From the IMG/VR virus record IMGVR_UViG_3300027747_001395: 48,192 nucleotides of DNA; one strand, given 5' to 3'. The stretch's first letter is position 1, and every line of letters starts with the position of its first letter. The position numbers and the translations under genes are program-made. Positions 10,955 through 21,820 of this stretch are shown piece by piece. Under the pieces are notes generated by a model. It was not told the origin of the DNA, searched no databases, and saw only the letters and a list, made by a program, of their open reading frames with translations. Source of the DNA: a virus (lineage: Duplodnaviria > Heunggongvirae > Uroviricota > Caudoviricetes).

Positions 10955-12982
10955 ATGAATACTTATAAAAAAGTTCTAAAAAAGCTAAACACAAAATTTG
11001 CAGAAACATTTAAGTATGACGTTGAGAATAACTCAACATACTATATTTTTGCTGCAAATCCTATTCCACAAAATAGTCTTACCTTTCCATCTGATTCTAT
11101 TATGGCGGATACTGATACTTATAGTTCAATGCTTTTTGGTAATAAACTTAAAGGTACGGACGTTAGTCTTACAACAAAAAATTATGTTTGGGTATCTAAT
11201 ACAGTATACACAATGTATAATCCTGCTGATACCGAACTTTATTCAAAGTCATTTTATGTTACAGTATCCGAAGGTTCTAATTACAATGTCTATAAGTGTC
11301 TTGACAATAATCAAGGAGCTGCTTCTACAGATCAACCATCAGGTACCGATTCTACTTTAGTATATTCAATGACAGATGGCTACGTCTGGAAATATCTATA
11401 CACAATTAGTGACGTTATGTATCGTAAGTTTGGTAGCAATGATTATATTCCTGTTGACACATCTCAGAACGGTCAAGTTACAAAAAATCTTGGTGGTATT
11501 GAAGTTATAGAAATAACCGAACCAGGTTTTGGCTATAATAACTATACACTTGGTTCATTTACATCTACTGCAAGTATTAACTATAATAACAGTTCTACTC
11601 AATATGCTTTAGACATTAATGCTTCAATTTTAAATTCATTCTATACCGGCTGTTTGATGAAAGTCACCTCCGCAAATAATTCTCAATCTCAATATAGAAC
11701 CATTATACAATATAATATAACTGGTCCTAATCGAGTTGTCGTTATAGATTCACCATTTACTTTGAATCTTAGCGCGGGTGATTTGTATGAAATTTATCCA
11801 AAAGTTTTAATTCAAGATCTTAACGATACAGTTTCATTATCCAATACTTGTATTGCTAGAGCTATTATTTCATCCAATACAGGAAATTCGGTATCTCAGA
11901 TCGAAGTTATTAGACCTGGATCCGGCTATCGAAGTATTTCAGCATATATAGCAGCTGATGGGTCTGTTGGTGTAACATCAAATTGCATAATAAATCCTAT
12001 TATATCTCCTATTTATGGTCATGGGTCTAATTTAGCTGAAGAACTTTTTGCTAATAAAGTATGTGTATCCACTACATTTAGCAACAATATCTCCTATAAT
12101 GGATATGGAACAATTGGCATTCTTAAAGATCCCGCTTATGCAAATGTAACAATTTCACTTAATCCAGATACTTTAATTGGTGCATTTAATTCTGGTGAAA
12201 TGGTATATCGTTATAGACCTTATAATCTAAATGGTAATATTTCTATTCAATCTAATACCAAAATCATAACTAGTAATGATTCCAATTTTGGTTCTTCGGT
12301 GCGAAGTAATGATCAAGTTATCATTACAAATGGATATCAAAATCTATTTGCAAATATATCAACAATTATTGACACAAATACTGTAATGTTAGATCAATAT
12401 CCTACATTCACAGATGCAAATTGTAAAATAACTTTGGTAGAAACCGTACCGTTTGGTATAGTTACTGCATATAATTATAATACAATTCTTAATCTTACTA
12501 ATGTGATTCCTAGAAACTTTGGTAATACCACAAGTTTGGTTGGTTCAGATTCTAATTGTACGGCTACTATAAATTCTGTATCTTCATCCTATATTACCGT
12601 AAACGGAAGACCGGCATCTAATTTTACTGAGTTTAATCAACTTACTGGATTTGTAGGGACTATTGATTCCGATATATTTGTAACTAATGAGACATTAATC
12701 CAGGACGACATTCAAACCATCTCGTCTCCTTCAGCCGTATTGTTTGCAGCTAATAACGTTTCAGGTATAAATAATGATATTTTATATGTAACAAATCCTA
12801 AGAACATCTTCAAACTAGGAACCATTACTGGTTCTACTAGTGGTGGATTGTTTACATATCAGTATAAATATGATGGTGAACTTATTAGAGATTCTGGCGA
12901 CATTGTATATTTGGAAAATATCAATTATATTACCAGATCACCTACTCAATCTGAAACTATTAAAATAATCCTGGAGTTCTGA
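10955..12982 (+). CDS. gp8: Baseplate wedge subunit gp8-like
   Basis: W.S.TVY..Y, FYV......VYKCLDNN.G..ST..P, DGYVWKYLYTI, and C-terminal SGDIVYLEN...I.RS..Q.E.IKIILEF. Confidence 0.9.
   Translation: MNTYKKVLKKLNTKFAETFKYDVENNSTYYIFAANPIPQNSLTFPSDSIMADTDTYSSMLFGNKLKGTDVSLTTKNYVWVSNTVYTMYNPADTELYSKSFYVTVSEGSNYNVYKCLDNNQGAASTDQPSGTDSTLVYSMTDGYVWKYLYTISDVMYRKFGSNDYIPVDTSQNGQVTKNLGGIEVIEITEPGFGYNNYTLGSFTSTASINYNNSSTQYALDINASILNSFYTGCLMKVTSANNSQSQYRTIIQYNITGPNRVVVIDSPFTLNLSAGDLYEIYPKVLIQDLNDTVSLSNTCIARAIISSNTGNSVSQIEVIRPGSGYRSISAYIAADGSVGVTSNCIINPIISPIYGHGSNLAEELFANKVCVSTTFSNNISYNGYGTIGILKDPAYANVTISLNPDTLIGAFNSGEMVYRYRPYNLNGNISIQSNTKIITSNDSNFGSSVRSNDQVIITNGYQNLFANISTIIDTNTVMLDQYPTFTDANCKITLVETVPFGIVTAYNYNTILNLTNVIPRNFGNTTSLVGSDSNCTATINSVSSSYITVNGRPASNFTEFNQLTGFVGTIDSDIFVTNETLIQDDIQTISSPSAVLFAANNVSGINNDILYVTNPKNIFKLGTITGSTSGGLFTYQYKYDGELIRDSGDIVYLENINYITRSPTQSETIKIILEF
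12863..12870 (+). promoter_or_regulatory. Possible late promoter upstream of the VrlC-like gene (second copy at 12766..12773)
   Basis: Exact consensus within the gp8 3' end. Confidence 0.5.
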
Positions 12983-12987
12983 TTTAA

Positions 12988-15900
12988 ATGTCAATACAAA
13001 ATGACTTAAGCGTGTCACCTTATTTTGATGACTATAATGAAAAAAGTGATTATTATAAGATTCTATTTAGACCTGGAGTATCCGTTCAGGCTCGCGAATT
13101 AAATCAGCTTCAGACTTTACTCCAAAAGCAAATTGAGCACTTTGGTGATAATATCTTTAGAACTGGTACAATTATCAGCGGCTGTGATATTGCATTTCAT
13201 GATGATTTAAAATACGTAAAACTTAAAGATGTCGAGATTGATTCAACTCCTGTGGTAGTTTCAAACTATGCGGGATATAGAGTGAAGAATCAGGATAATA
13301 TTATTCCTCTCACTGCTGCTATTATTAAAACTGATTCAGGTTTTGAATCTAAGAAACCAAATCTAAATACTTTATATCTGCGTTATATTAACTCAGGTCA
13401 AGATAGTTTGGCAGGTTCTAGAAATACATTTGAAGCAGGTGGTTTATTGACTGTATTTAATCCACTTAATGTAGTTGAGAAGATTACAGTTACTAATCCT
13501 TCACAGAATTTTTTTAATACAGACAAAGTAGTTATTCTATCTGCCATTGCAATCCAGAATGCTAATAATGGAAAAACATTTACTACATCATTGAGTTCAG
13601 GTGATTACATCACAAATGGTATTGCAAATGTTCAAATTATTGCTACACCTGATTCAAATACACTTAATGATGCTTTAATATTACAGATTAAACCAAGAAA
13701 ACAAGATCTACACATAGGTAATTCAAAAGGTTGGACATTTAATGTAGGTGATTCAATCCAGAAAGTTGGTTCGTCTGGTGAAGTCATTAAGGTTTCTCAA
13801 ATTCTTGGTGCTGGTGCCACCGCAACTCTTTTGACTGATAGTTTAAAACAAGTAAAAAGTGTTAATATGACATCAAAAGGTACTGGATATTTGGTGCCAC
13901 CATCAGTCTCAATATTATCTATAAATGCATCAGAAAATGATATTGATCTATTCAGTGCTACTTCTCAAAACTATCTTACAAAAGTCACAATTGCATCTAG
14001 TGATAACCCAACGGGTTCTACTTATGGTATGACTGTTGGTGAAGGTATTATTTACCAAAAAGGCTATTTCTCTAGAGTTTCAGAACAGCTCCTAATTGTA
14101 GACAAGTATACAAATACCCCAGATCAAAAATCTGTAGGTTTCCAGACTGTGGAAACTATTGTATCATCAAATCAAGATGAAAGTCTACTTGACAATGCTA
14201 CAGGATCTCCAAACTATACAGCACCTGGAGCAAATCGCCTAAAGCTCACACCAGAACTAATCGTTATTGATAAAATAAAATCTGATATTCCTGATGACTA
14301 CCTTTATGTTGCTGAATTTTCTGAAGGTCTGCCATATAAGCAAAATAGACAAACTGTCTATAATGTAATTGAAAAGGATATTGCTCAACGTTCATTTGAG
14401 ACCGCTGGCAATTATGTTCTAGATCCATTTCTTATTAATACAAAATCCCCAGATTCATTTGCTGATGAAGCTACAAAGTTCAATGTTTTAATTGATCCTG
14501 GTACTGCTTATATTAATGGAAATCGAATTCAGACTGTTTATAATTATGAACAGTCTGTTGACAAAGCAATTGATACGGCTATGGGTGTTGGGACTACTAT
14601 TTCATTAAATTATGGCAATTATGTTTATGTGAATGAACTTGGTGGTATATTTGATTTCAATCTAGGTGTGTTAGTGTCACTCTATGATACAGCAACTCAA
14701 TATCTTACTAAAGAACGAGCATCGTTTACTCCAGTAACCGGTAAAGTAATCGGCACTGCTAGAATTAGATCAATCATTCAAGACTCAGGAGTTCAAGGTT
14801 CATCTTCTGGTGTCTATAGAGTATATCTCTTTGATATTAGAATGAACCCAGGATCTAACTTCAACAATGTTAGATCAATCTATTATTCAAGCAGTAGACA
14901 AGCAGTATGTGATTTAATTCTTGAGAATGGATTTGCCGTACTTAAGGATACTTCATCTTCATCTCTTGTTTTTTATGGCGGTCAAGATGCTATAAAAACC
15001 ATCAGTAACATTTCTTACACTTATAGAACCAATTCACCTTCAACATTGGCAACAACAGGTTTAGCTACAATCACGTTAGGTAGTGGATCATTCCCATATA
15101 GTGGAATTCTATCAAGTACACAAGAAAAAGATTTTACTATAATCCCAACTACAGATATCCGCTCGGCTGTAAATCTAAGTGGTTCTGTTACAACTAGTGC
15201 TTCATCAAATGTTGTTATTGGATCAAGTACAGCATTTACTCAAGATTTATTGACTGGAGATTATATTCGATTTGCGGATGGTACAGTTAAGCAAGTCACC
15301 AATATTAGTAATAATTCACTTTTACAACTTTCCAATACAGCAGGTGTAACACTCACAAATAACACTTATTCAGTGTATTTTCCTGCTAATGTTGCAATTT
15401 CACTTGCAAGCTCGAATAGAACTATTACCATTAACTCTACAAATCAGTTGACAATAAATGTAGGAACTACTACACTTGCTGGTGCTTCTTTGGTTGTTAC
15501 ACATAATGTTAAATCAACAGCAAGTTCACCAACCGCAAAAACAGTCAATAGAACTAAGTATGTAAGACTTCGTCTGGCAAATAATGTGAGTAGTAATACA
15601 GGACCTTGGGCTCTTGGTGTGTCTGATGTATTTAGACTTAATAAAGTCTTTAAAGGTTCTAATGCTACATTTACAGATACCGCCTCAAATACAGTGTTTG
15701 ATGTAACAAATGATTATTATATTGATCACAATCAAAATGAAGATTATTATGGCATCTCATATCTTTATAAGAAGCCAAATACAATTTCAACTTTATCTAC
15801 AAGTGATTATTTACTTGTGTCCTTTGATTATATCACTTCAAGTTCTGGTGTAAAAGTTTATTCTACAATTGTAAATGATTCATTGACTTTGTCAAACTCA

Positions 15901-17406
15901 CCAAATACTATTAATACATTGGAGATTCCTGAGTTATATGGTGCTACTGGAACATACTATGATCTAAGAGATCAGATTGATCTTCGTCCTCAAACAAATA
16001 CTAATGTTATACCAGGATCTAGTGCTATTTTAGCCCCTATTAATCCTATCGAACCAAGCGCTAATAGTATAATAAAAGCACCTGCAGTTGACAATTATTT
16101 TCCTGCACCAGATTCAGTTATGACTGCGGATATTGAATATTATCTACCAAGATCAGATCGAGTTATTGTTGATGAATCAAATCAATTCAGAGTCATTAAG
16201 GGTGTTCCAGGCACAACTATTTCACCTGAAGCACAGGATAATGCATTAACATTGAATATTCTCAAGATACCGCCTTATCCAAGTGTACCTTATGGACTTT
16301 CTGCAAATACCACAAAATTTGCAGACACAGGCATTGCAAATGAGAAATACATCACAAGAAGAATCCGTAATTATAGAATTACAACTACATTAAGTGATAA
16401 TGATATTTCAATTCTTCAACCTCGCAATTACACGATGGGTGAAATATCTAAATTAGAAAATAGAATCTCAACACTTGAATATTATGCTTCTCTTTCATTA
16501 GTTGAAACACTAACACAAAAAAGAAATATTCCAAGTTCACTTAATTCAAATGTTGATCGTTATAAGTTTGGTTTCTATGTTGATGGCTTTGAAGATTACA
16601 CACATTCGGATATATCAAACCCAGGTTATAGAGCTACAATTGTTGATGGTTATCTTGCACCATCAGTAACAGAATTTAACATCAATACTAGTACTCCAAG
16701 TTCTGATGTTAGCTTACCATATTTAGAAGCGTCATTCATCTCACAAAAGAAAGCTACAGATGGTCCTGTAACTGCCACTCCAGTACCAAATCCAGTTACT
16801 ACTCAGTCTAAAGTTTGCATTATTCAATCACAGCGAAATCCAAGCAGTATTGATTTTGCACCATATGCATATGATGAATTCTTCTATACATTTGGTACTG
16901 AATCAGATACATTTGATTTGTATATGGTATCTCCGTATAGCAAAACAGCAATTGAAATTTTCCAAAGCCCTTCAGCTATCGGTCCTTGGTCTCTTGTTAC
17001 ATCATCACAATATGCCGAATCTATTACAAATGAAGATATAGCTAAGAATAAATTGGATTCATCTTTAGGTACTGTATTGCATCCTGGGGGACTACCTGTC
17101 AGACCAGGGTATGGTCCGCAATCGGGACTTGGAGGATGGATTGAGGATCAATATAAACTATCCGCGACTCACAATCCATTAAATGGTCTTTACTATAAAG
17201 TTAGAGTCTATAAAGGTACTTCTCTTACAACTAATTTATACACACTAAGCTATTTTAGTGCAATTTATAAATATAAGATGTGCTATCCAACTATCGCTTT
17301 GGTGAATGTGATAAATACAAACGATACCACTAATTACCAGATGAATTATGGTGGTCATATTAAGAGTCTTTATGGTGGTGGTCGAGATTTGGACCGCAGT
17401 TTTTAA
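12988..17406 (+). CDS. Large virion structural protein, VrlC/DUF4815-like (N-terminal part of family)
   Basis: PYFDDY.....YKILFRPG.SVQARELNQLQT.LQ.Q...FG..IF, LDNA.G..N..APGA.R, YYLPR.D, YTM..I.KLE.RI..LEYY.SL..E, GF.VD.F. Confidence 0.85.
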   Translation: MSIQNDLSVSPYFDDYNEKSDYYKILFRPGVSVQARELNQLQTLLQKQIEHFGDNIFRTGTIISGCDIAFHDDLKYVKLKDVEIDSTPVVVSNYAGYRVKNQDNIIPLTAAIIKTDSGFESKKPNLNTLYLRYINSGQDSLAGSRNTFEAGGLLTVFNPLNVVEKITVTNPSQNFFNTDKVVILSAIAIQNANNGKTFTTSLSSGDYITNGIANVQIIATPDSNTLNDALILQIKPRKQDLHIGNSKGWTFNVGDSIQKVGSSGEVIKVSQILGAGATATLLTDSLKQVKSVNMTSKGTGYLVPPSVSILSINASENDIDLFSATSQNYLTKVTIASSDNPTGSTYGMTVGEGIIYQKGYFSRVSEQLLIVDKYTNTPDQKSVGFQTVETIVSSNQDESLLDNATGSPNYTAPGANRLKLTPELIVIDKIKSDIPDDYLYVAEFSEGLPYKQNRQTVYNVIEKDIAQRSFETAGNYVLDPFLINTKSPDSFADEATKFNVLIDPGTAYINGNRIQTVYNYEQSVDKAIDTAMGVGTTISLNYGNYVYVNELGGIFDFNLGVLVSLYDTATQYLTKERASFTPVTGKVIGTARIRSIIQDSGVQGSSSGVYRVYLFDIRMNPGSNFNNVRSIYYSSSRQAVCDLILENGFAVLKDTSSSSLVFYGGQDAIKTISNISYTYRTNSPSTLATTGLATITLGSGSFPYSGILSSTQEKDFTIIPTTDIRSAVNLSGSVTTSASSNVVIGSSTAFTQDLLTGDYIRFADGTVKQVTNISNNSLLQLSNTAGVTLTNNTYSVYFPANVAISLASSNRTITINSTNQLTINVGTTTLAGASLVVTHNVKSTASSPTAKTVNRTKYVRLRLANNVSSNTGPWALGVSDVFRLNKVFKGSNATFTDTASNTVFDVTNDYYIDHNQNEDYYGISYLYKKPNTISTLSTSDYLLVSFDYITSSSGVKVYSTIVNDSLTLSNSPNTINTLEIPELYGATGTYYDLRDQIDLRPQTNTNVIPGSSAILAPINPIEPSANSIIKAPAVDNYFPAPDSVMTADIEYYLPRSDRVIVDESNQFRVIKGVPGTTISPEAQDNALTLNILKIPPYPSVPYGLSANTTKFADTGIANEKYITRRIRNYRITTTLSDNDISILQPRNYTMGEISKLENRISTLEYYASLSLVETLTQKRNIPSSLNSNVDRYKFGFYVDGFEDYTHSDISNPGYRATIVDGYLAPSVTEFNINTSTPSSDVSLPYLEASFISQKKATDGPVTATPVPNPVTTQSKVCIIQSQRNPSSIDFAPYAYDEFFYTFGTESDTFDLYMVSPYSKTAIEIFQSPSAIGPWSLVTSSQYAESITNEDIAKNKLDSSLGTVLHPGGLPVRPGYGPQSGLGGWIEDQYKLSATHNPLNGLYYKVRVYKGTSLTTNLYTLSYFSAIYKYKMCYPTIALVNVINTNDTTNYQMNYGGHIKSLYGGGRDLDRSF
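17266..17273 (+). promoter_or_regulatory. Possible late promoter upstream of the 17436 gene
   Basis: Exact consensus within the 3' end of the upstream CDS. Confidence 0.5.
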
Positions 17407-17435
17407 ATTGATAGAGTCTAAGGATAAGCTAAAGT

Positions 17436-20099
17436 ATGTCATTGTTTTTTAATACCAGTCAATCACTACAGTATGCTACAGCAATAGGTGATACCGGAAC
17501 ACCTCGAGTCTTTCCTCTGGGTGGAATTCAGTCAAATTATTTACTAGCTGAACAAGCTTTTGAGATAACTACTTATGGGCTAAAGCCATATACATATCAT
17601 ACGCTTTATCTTGATAACATTAATGTTACTTCTAGTGCCAAACAAGAAGGCTATACATTAGGTGAAGGTCAATTATATTCAGATCAAAATGGTAGAATCA
17701 CTTTTAAGTTTTATTTTCGATCTAACTTGATTCCTTCTACACCGGTTGAAAAATCTAGTGCAGCTGCACAACTTATTGCCGGTACAAAGAAGCTTGAACT
17801 TAGAGGTACTGGAGAAACTTGTCATACTAAAACCTCATTTGCAGAGATGTATATCTATCTACCACCATACATTAGAAGTGAACCGGTAGTAGATTTCAAG
17901 AAGACCCCAATTGGTTCATCTACATCAGGTGCTATTCAGAATAATCTAGTGGTGCAGACAACACCAGTTGTATCTGCCAATGCAGACAGAACATATTTCA
18001 ATCCTGCTTCATATAATTTTATTCAGACATTTTATGCGGACCCCGAGATTGTAAAGAATCAGAAAGATATTTCAATTACATCCATTGATCTATTCTTTAA
18101 ATCTAAGCCAAATGTCACTGTAAATGCATCAGGTAAAAGCAAACCGTCTGTAACAATTGCTATATGCGAAGTTCAGAATGACACACCTATTCTATCAAGA
18201 TGTTATGTTTCTTCACTTACGGAAAAGACATATGATGAAATCAACTCATACAGCGACGCATCCAATTCGGTAACATTTAATCTAAAAAATCCACTAAAAG
18301 TAGATACAGGTAAGTTCTATGGTATAGTAGTGATGTTTGATGATGCTGCATATAAGCTCTGGACTAATGTTACAGGTGATAAATTAGTAGGAACTAATAC
18401 AGCCTCTACAGGTTCTAATGTTGTAAAAGATGGTAAACTATACACACGAAATAACTCAAGTATTTTTACAGCAAAAATAAATGAAGACCTTAAATTTAAT
18501 GTAAACATTTCCAAATACGTATCAACTAGTGCAAATAAAGTCTTTGTGAATGATAACTACGAATTCTTTACTATTGCAAATAGATCTGGTGCATTCATTG
18601 GTGGTGAATATGTCTATAAAGATGTAGCCGCCGCGAATGGTACTGTGGCAGTTACTAAAGGTTCCAATCTTATTGTTGGAACTGGAAATACTTTATTCCA
18701 GAATTTTACTGCGGGTCAGATGCTTGTAATCGGAAACTCAACTGTATCTCAAGTTGGTACTATTTCTACTATTATTGATAATAATAATCTTAAATTAACT
18801 AACAAAATGCCTTTTACTGCTGCGGCTACTAACTATAAAGTTACTGCAATAGGTAAAGTTTATTTTAAAGATGAAGTAAACAATAAACTATATCTTACGG
18901 GGTCTACTGCAAATGTTGGACTTAAGTTTACAGTCAATGATTTAATTGTTGGTGAAGATTCTAGAGCATCTGCAAATATTGCCTCAGTTGATGTACTTAC
19001 AATTGATAGAATAAAACTCAAAGGCACAGTAAAAGCTCCGACTACATCTTTAGTAAACAGTCATATTACATTTGCTGCTTTAAGTGGTGGTTCTTATACT
19101 ACTAATAATAGTGATTCAATCCAAATTAATGATGTTCGAGTTAAAGATTTAAACTCATATGATGCTTATATACTTTCAAGATCAACCGAAGTTTCAACTT
19201 CAGGCTTATATTCAAATACAGATTTGCTTATTAATAAAAAATCGTTGAAAATCTCAATTGATTTAAATAATGAGACTGCTGATGCACACTCAGCGCCATC
19301 AATTGAAGATAATATTTTGCATCTATATACAATTCAAAATTCTATTTCAAATACATATACTACGATTAATGCAAATGGTGTTACTATTGACACTGAAATT
19401 GCAGGTAATGGTCTTGCTGCATGTCGTCATATTGGATCAAAAGTTGTTTTTGCAACTAATAGATCAGCCGAAGATATCAAAATGTATATGACTGCATATC
19501 GTCCTGCTGGAACTGATATTAAGGTTTACGCTAAAATTCATAATTCCGCAGATCCAGAATCGTTTGATGATAAAGCATGGACTCCGTTAATTTATGATAC
19601 AAATGAGTCAAAATACAGTTCTACTCAAGATTCTACCGACTTTATTGAATATGAGTTGAGTTTGCCTCCATATTCTGAATCTGCTAATAATCTACCTGGT
19701 AAATTTACTTCAGCATATCTTAGTAATACCATTATTGCTTCTGGTGTAACTCCAACTACATATGTCACAACAGGTGATGTTATTAAGATTTATAACAGAT
19801 TGCTACCACAGAATTATTTTATTGCTTCGATTTCATCTGCTAATTCAACTGCCATTATATTAAATGAACCTATCACTTCAAATAATGTAGTGGGTACCGG
19901 TTATAAAGTAGACAATCTGAAATATAAGAACATTGCATTTAATGATGTAAATAACTACAATATTTCAAAGTATTATAACTCATCATTAGCTCAATTTAAT
20001 ACATTTGATTCAATGCAAATCAAAATTGTTCTGCTTGCAGATACTTCATATCTAACACCTAAAGTTGATCTAATACAAGTTATTGGTGTATCCGCGTGA
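17436..20099 (+). CDS. Virion structural protein resembling the C-terminal part of VrlC/DUF4815 proteins
   Basis: GLKP.T.H..Y.D, QTF.......I.SIDLFF.SKP, EDLKF, and C-terminal F..QIKIVL.....P. Confidence 0.7.
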   Translation: MSLFFNTSQSLQYATAIGDTGTPRVFPLGGIQSNYLLAEQAFEITTYGLKPYTYHTLYLDNINVTSSAKQEGYTLGEGQLYSDQNGRITFKFYFRSNLIPSTPVEKSSAAAQLIAGTKKLELRGTGETCHTKTSFAEMYIYLPPYIRSEPVVDFKKTPIGSSTSGAIQNNLVVQTTPVVSANADRTYFNPASYNFIQTFYADPEIVKNQKDISITSIDLFFKSKPNVTVNASGKSKPSVTIAICEVQNDTPILSRCYVSSLTEKTYDEINSYSDASNSVTFNLKNPLKVDTGKFYGIVVMFDDAAYKLWTNVTGDKLVGTNTASTGSNVVKDGKLYTRNNSSIFTAKINEDLKFNVNISKYVSTSANKVFVNDNYEFFTIANRSGAFIGGEYVYKDVAAANGTVAVTKGSNLIVGTGNTLFQNFTAGQMLVIGNSTVSQVGTISTIIDNNNLKLTNKMPFTAAATNYKVTAIGKVYFKDEVNNKLYLTGSTANVGLKFTVNDLIVGEDSRASANIASVDVLTIDRIKLKGTVKAPTTSLVNSHITFAALSGGSYTTNNSDSIQINDVRVKDLNSYDAYILSRSTEVSTSGLYSNTDLLINKKSLKISIDLNNETADAHSAPSIEDNILHLYTIQNSISNTYTTINANGVTIDTEIAGNGLAACRHIGSKVVFATNRSAEDIKMYMTAYRPAGTDIKVYAKIHNSADPESFDDKAWTPLIYDTNESKYSSTQDSTDFIEYELSLPPYSESANNLPGKFTSAYLSNTIIASGVTPTTYVTTGDVIKIYNRLLPQNYFIASISSANSTAIILNEPITSNNVVGTGYKVDNLKYKNIAFNDVNNYNISKYYNSSLAQFNTFDSMQIKIVLLADTSYLTPKVDLIQVIGVSA

Positions 20100-20275
20100 C
20101 CTTTAAAAAAAATAAGTATGGTATTGTTATAAATACTGATGATTCTTATTTAAAGTCATTGAAGTCAGAACGTGAAACCAAACAGAAAATTGAAACTATG
20201 CAACAGAGTATAGATGATTTTAAAGAAGAACTAACAGAAATTAAAAATCTTTTATTAAAAGTTTTAAACGGATAA
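20096..20275 (+). CDS. Small coiled-coil protein (59 aa), missed by the ORF track
   Basis: GTG at 20096 overlaps the upstream TGA (GTGA coupling). Translation MTFKKNKYGIVINTDDSYLKSLKSERETKQKIETMQQSIDDFKEELTEIKNLLLKVLNG* fills the gap exactly. Confidence 0.8.
   Translation: MTFKKNKYGIVINTDDSYLKSLKSERETKQKIETMQQSIDDFKEELTEIKNLLLKVLNG
20128..20135 (+). promoter_or_regulatory. Possible late promoter upstream of the 20279 fibre gene
   Basis: Exact consensus within the small 59-aa gene. Confidence 0.5.
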
Positions 20276-20278
20276 ATT

Positions 20279-21820
20279 ATGTCAAATAGCAATATTCCAC
20301 CAATTGATATTCTTACTGATACTTGGCAGACTGCAATTAATCGTACCAATTCACTGATTTCTTCATTATCTGCCGAAATTGTTACCGCTAATAGTACTAA
20401 TGGTATTACAGGAACAGCTGCATCACCTCGAAATTCTACTTTAATTGGTACGTTTACTGCAAATACACTAACAGTCCCTTCAGGTGGCTTTTCGGTAAAT
20501 AGTTCTATTATATCTCTTAGTTCTAATAAACTTGCGGCTAATGGTAGTACTGGAGTCTCATTAAGTGTATTAACATCGGGAGGTCCTAGTGGTAATGTCT
20601 ATTGGCGATCACTTACCACAGCAAATGGTACAGTCACAAATGTAGCAAATGGTTCAGGTCTAATTGGTGGTCCAATTACTACAACGGGAACACTTAGTGT
20701 TAAGGCAGGAACGGGAATTGTTGTAAATGCCAATGGTGTAAATGTTGTTGACTCAACTTTGCGTGCAGAATTGGCAAATACGGGTGGTGGTACACTTGTT
20801 AATTTCACTCATACTGTTACTAATAGTGGTCGTGATTTTAGCGGAGGTACTGCTTTTAATACCACGGGTGCTTCTCTTGTCGTTCGAGGCGCAAACTCTA
20901 CATTTAATCCTCATGGTATGGAATTCTATACTGGTGGCTCTGAGCGAATGAGACTCAATAATGTCGGTAATCTTGGTATTGGAACATTATCTCCTACTTA
21001 TCGTGTTGACTGTTTTGGATCATACTATGGATTTAAACATTCTGCTGTTTCTAATGGTTATTATTCTACGATCGAAGGTGGTAGTATAAGTAGCTCACCG
21101 TATTACGCTTGTTTTAATTCTTCAGATACACGTCTTGGTTATTTTGGTTATTTCAATGGGACAACCCTAACTGCGGCTATGAGTGATTCAACAACAGCAG
21201 TAAATTTAGGTACTAACGGAATACCGCGCTTGACAATTCTTGGTGGTGGTAATATCGGAATTGGTACGTCTACTCCTAATGCTAATTTAAGCTTTGGCTC
21301 ATTACAAAGTAATAAACTTTTTTGTCTATACGATGATTCTACTAACCAGTACGGTATGGGTATAGGTTCTAATGAATATCGTATCTATGCGGCTTCTGGT
21401 GCTGACATATCCTTTGGCACATATGTCCGTGGGACGGATACTTTCACACAGCATACACGACTTGGTTCAAATGGATCAGTTACATCTGCCAATCTTGCCG
21501 ATGCAGTTGGTTACAAAGGACTTCCTCCGAACGCTCAAACTACATCTTATACATTGGCTAATACAGACGCGGGTAAAATTATCACGACCACTGCTGGTGT
21601 GATAATTCCATCTAATGCAGCCAATCCATTTCCCGTTGGTACTGCAATCTCTATTTTTAACTCCAACACTTCTCCTATTTCTGTCACCATCACTAGCGAT
21701 TTTTTGTATCTTGCTGCTAATACTACATCAGGTACACGCGCACTTGCAGGATATGGCCTTGCTACGCTGATTAAGGTGAACTCAACATCTTGGGTGATGT
21801 CTGGTGCAGGTGTTAGCTAA
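20279..21820 (+). CDS. Tail fibre protein
   Basis: N-terminal I...TDTW....RTN attachment-like motif, GSGL.GG.ITT.GTL segment, ERMR...GN.GIGT..P fibre repeats, and a ~95-aa C-terminal domain ending LIKVNSTSWVMSG. Confidence 0.75.
   Translation: MSNSNIPPIDILTDTWQTAINRTNSLISSLSAEIVTANSTNGITGTAASPRNSTLIGTFTANTLTVPSGGFSVNSSIISLSSNKLAANGSTGVSLSVLTSGGPSGNVYWRSLTTANGTVTNVANGSGLIGGPITTTGTLSVKAGTGIVVNANGVNVVDSTLRAELANTGGGTLVNFTHTVTNSGRDFSGGTAFNTTGASLVVRGANSTFNPHGMEFYTGGSERMRLNNVGNLGIGTLSPTYRVDCFGSYYGFKHSAVSNGYYSTIEGGSISSSPYYACFNSSDTRLGYFGYFNGTTLTAAMSDSTTAVNLGTNGIPRLTILGGGNIGIGTSTPNANLSFGSLQSNKLFCLYDDSTNQYGMGIGSNEYRIYAASGADISFGTYVRGTDTFTQHTRLGSNGSVTSANLADAVGYKGLPPNAQTTSYTLANTDAGKIITTTAGVIIPSNAANPFPVGTAISIFNSNTSPISVTITSDFLYLAANTTSGTRALAGYGLATLIKVNSTSWVMSGAGVS

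Noticed and set aside
20146-20349. Minus-strand 67-aa ORF
   Set aside because: A coupled + strand 59-aa gene (20096..20275) explains the interval better and matches the operon direction.
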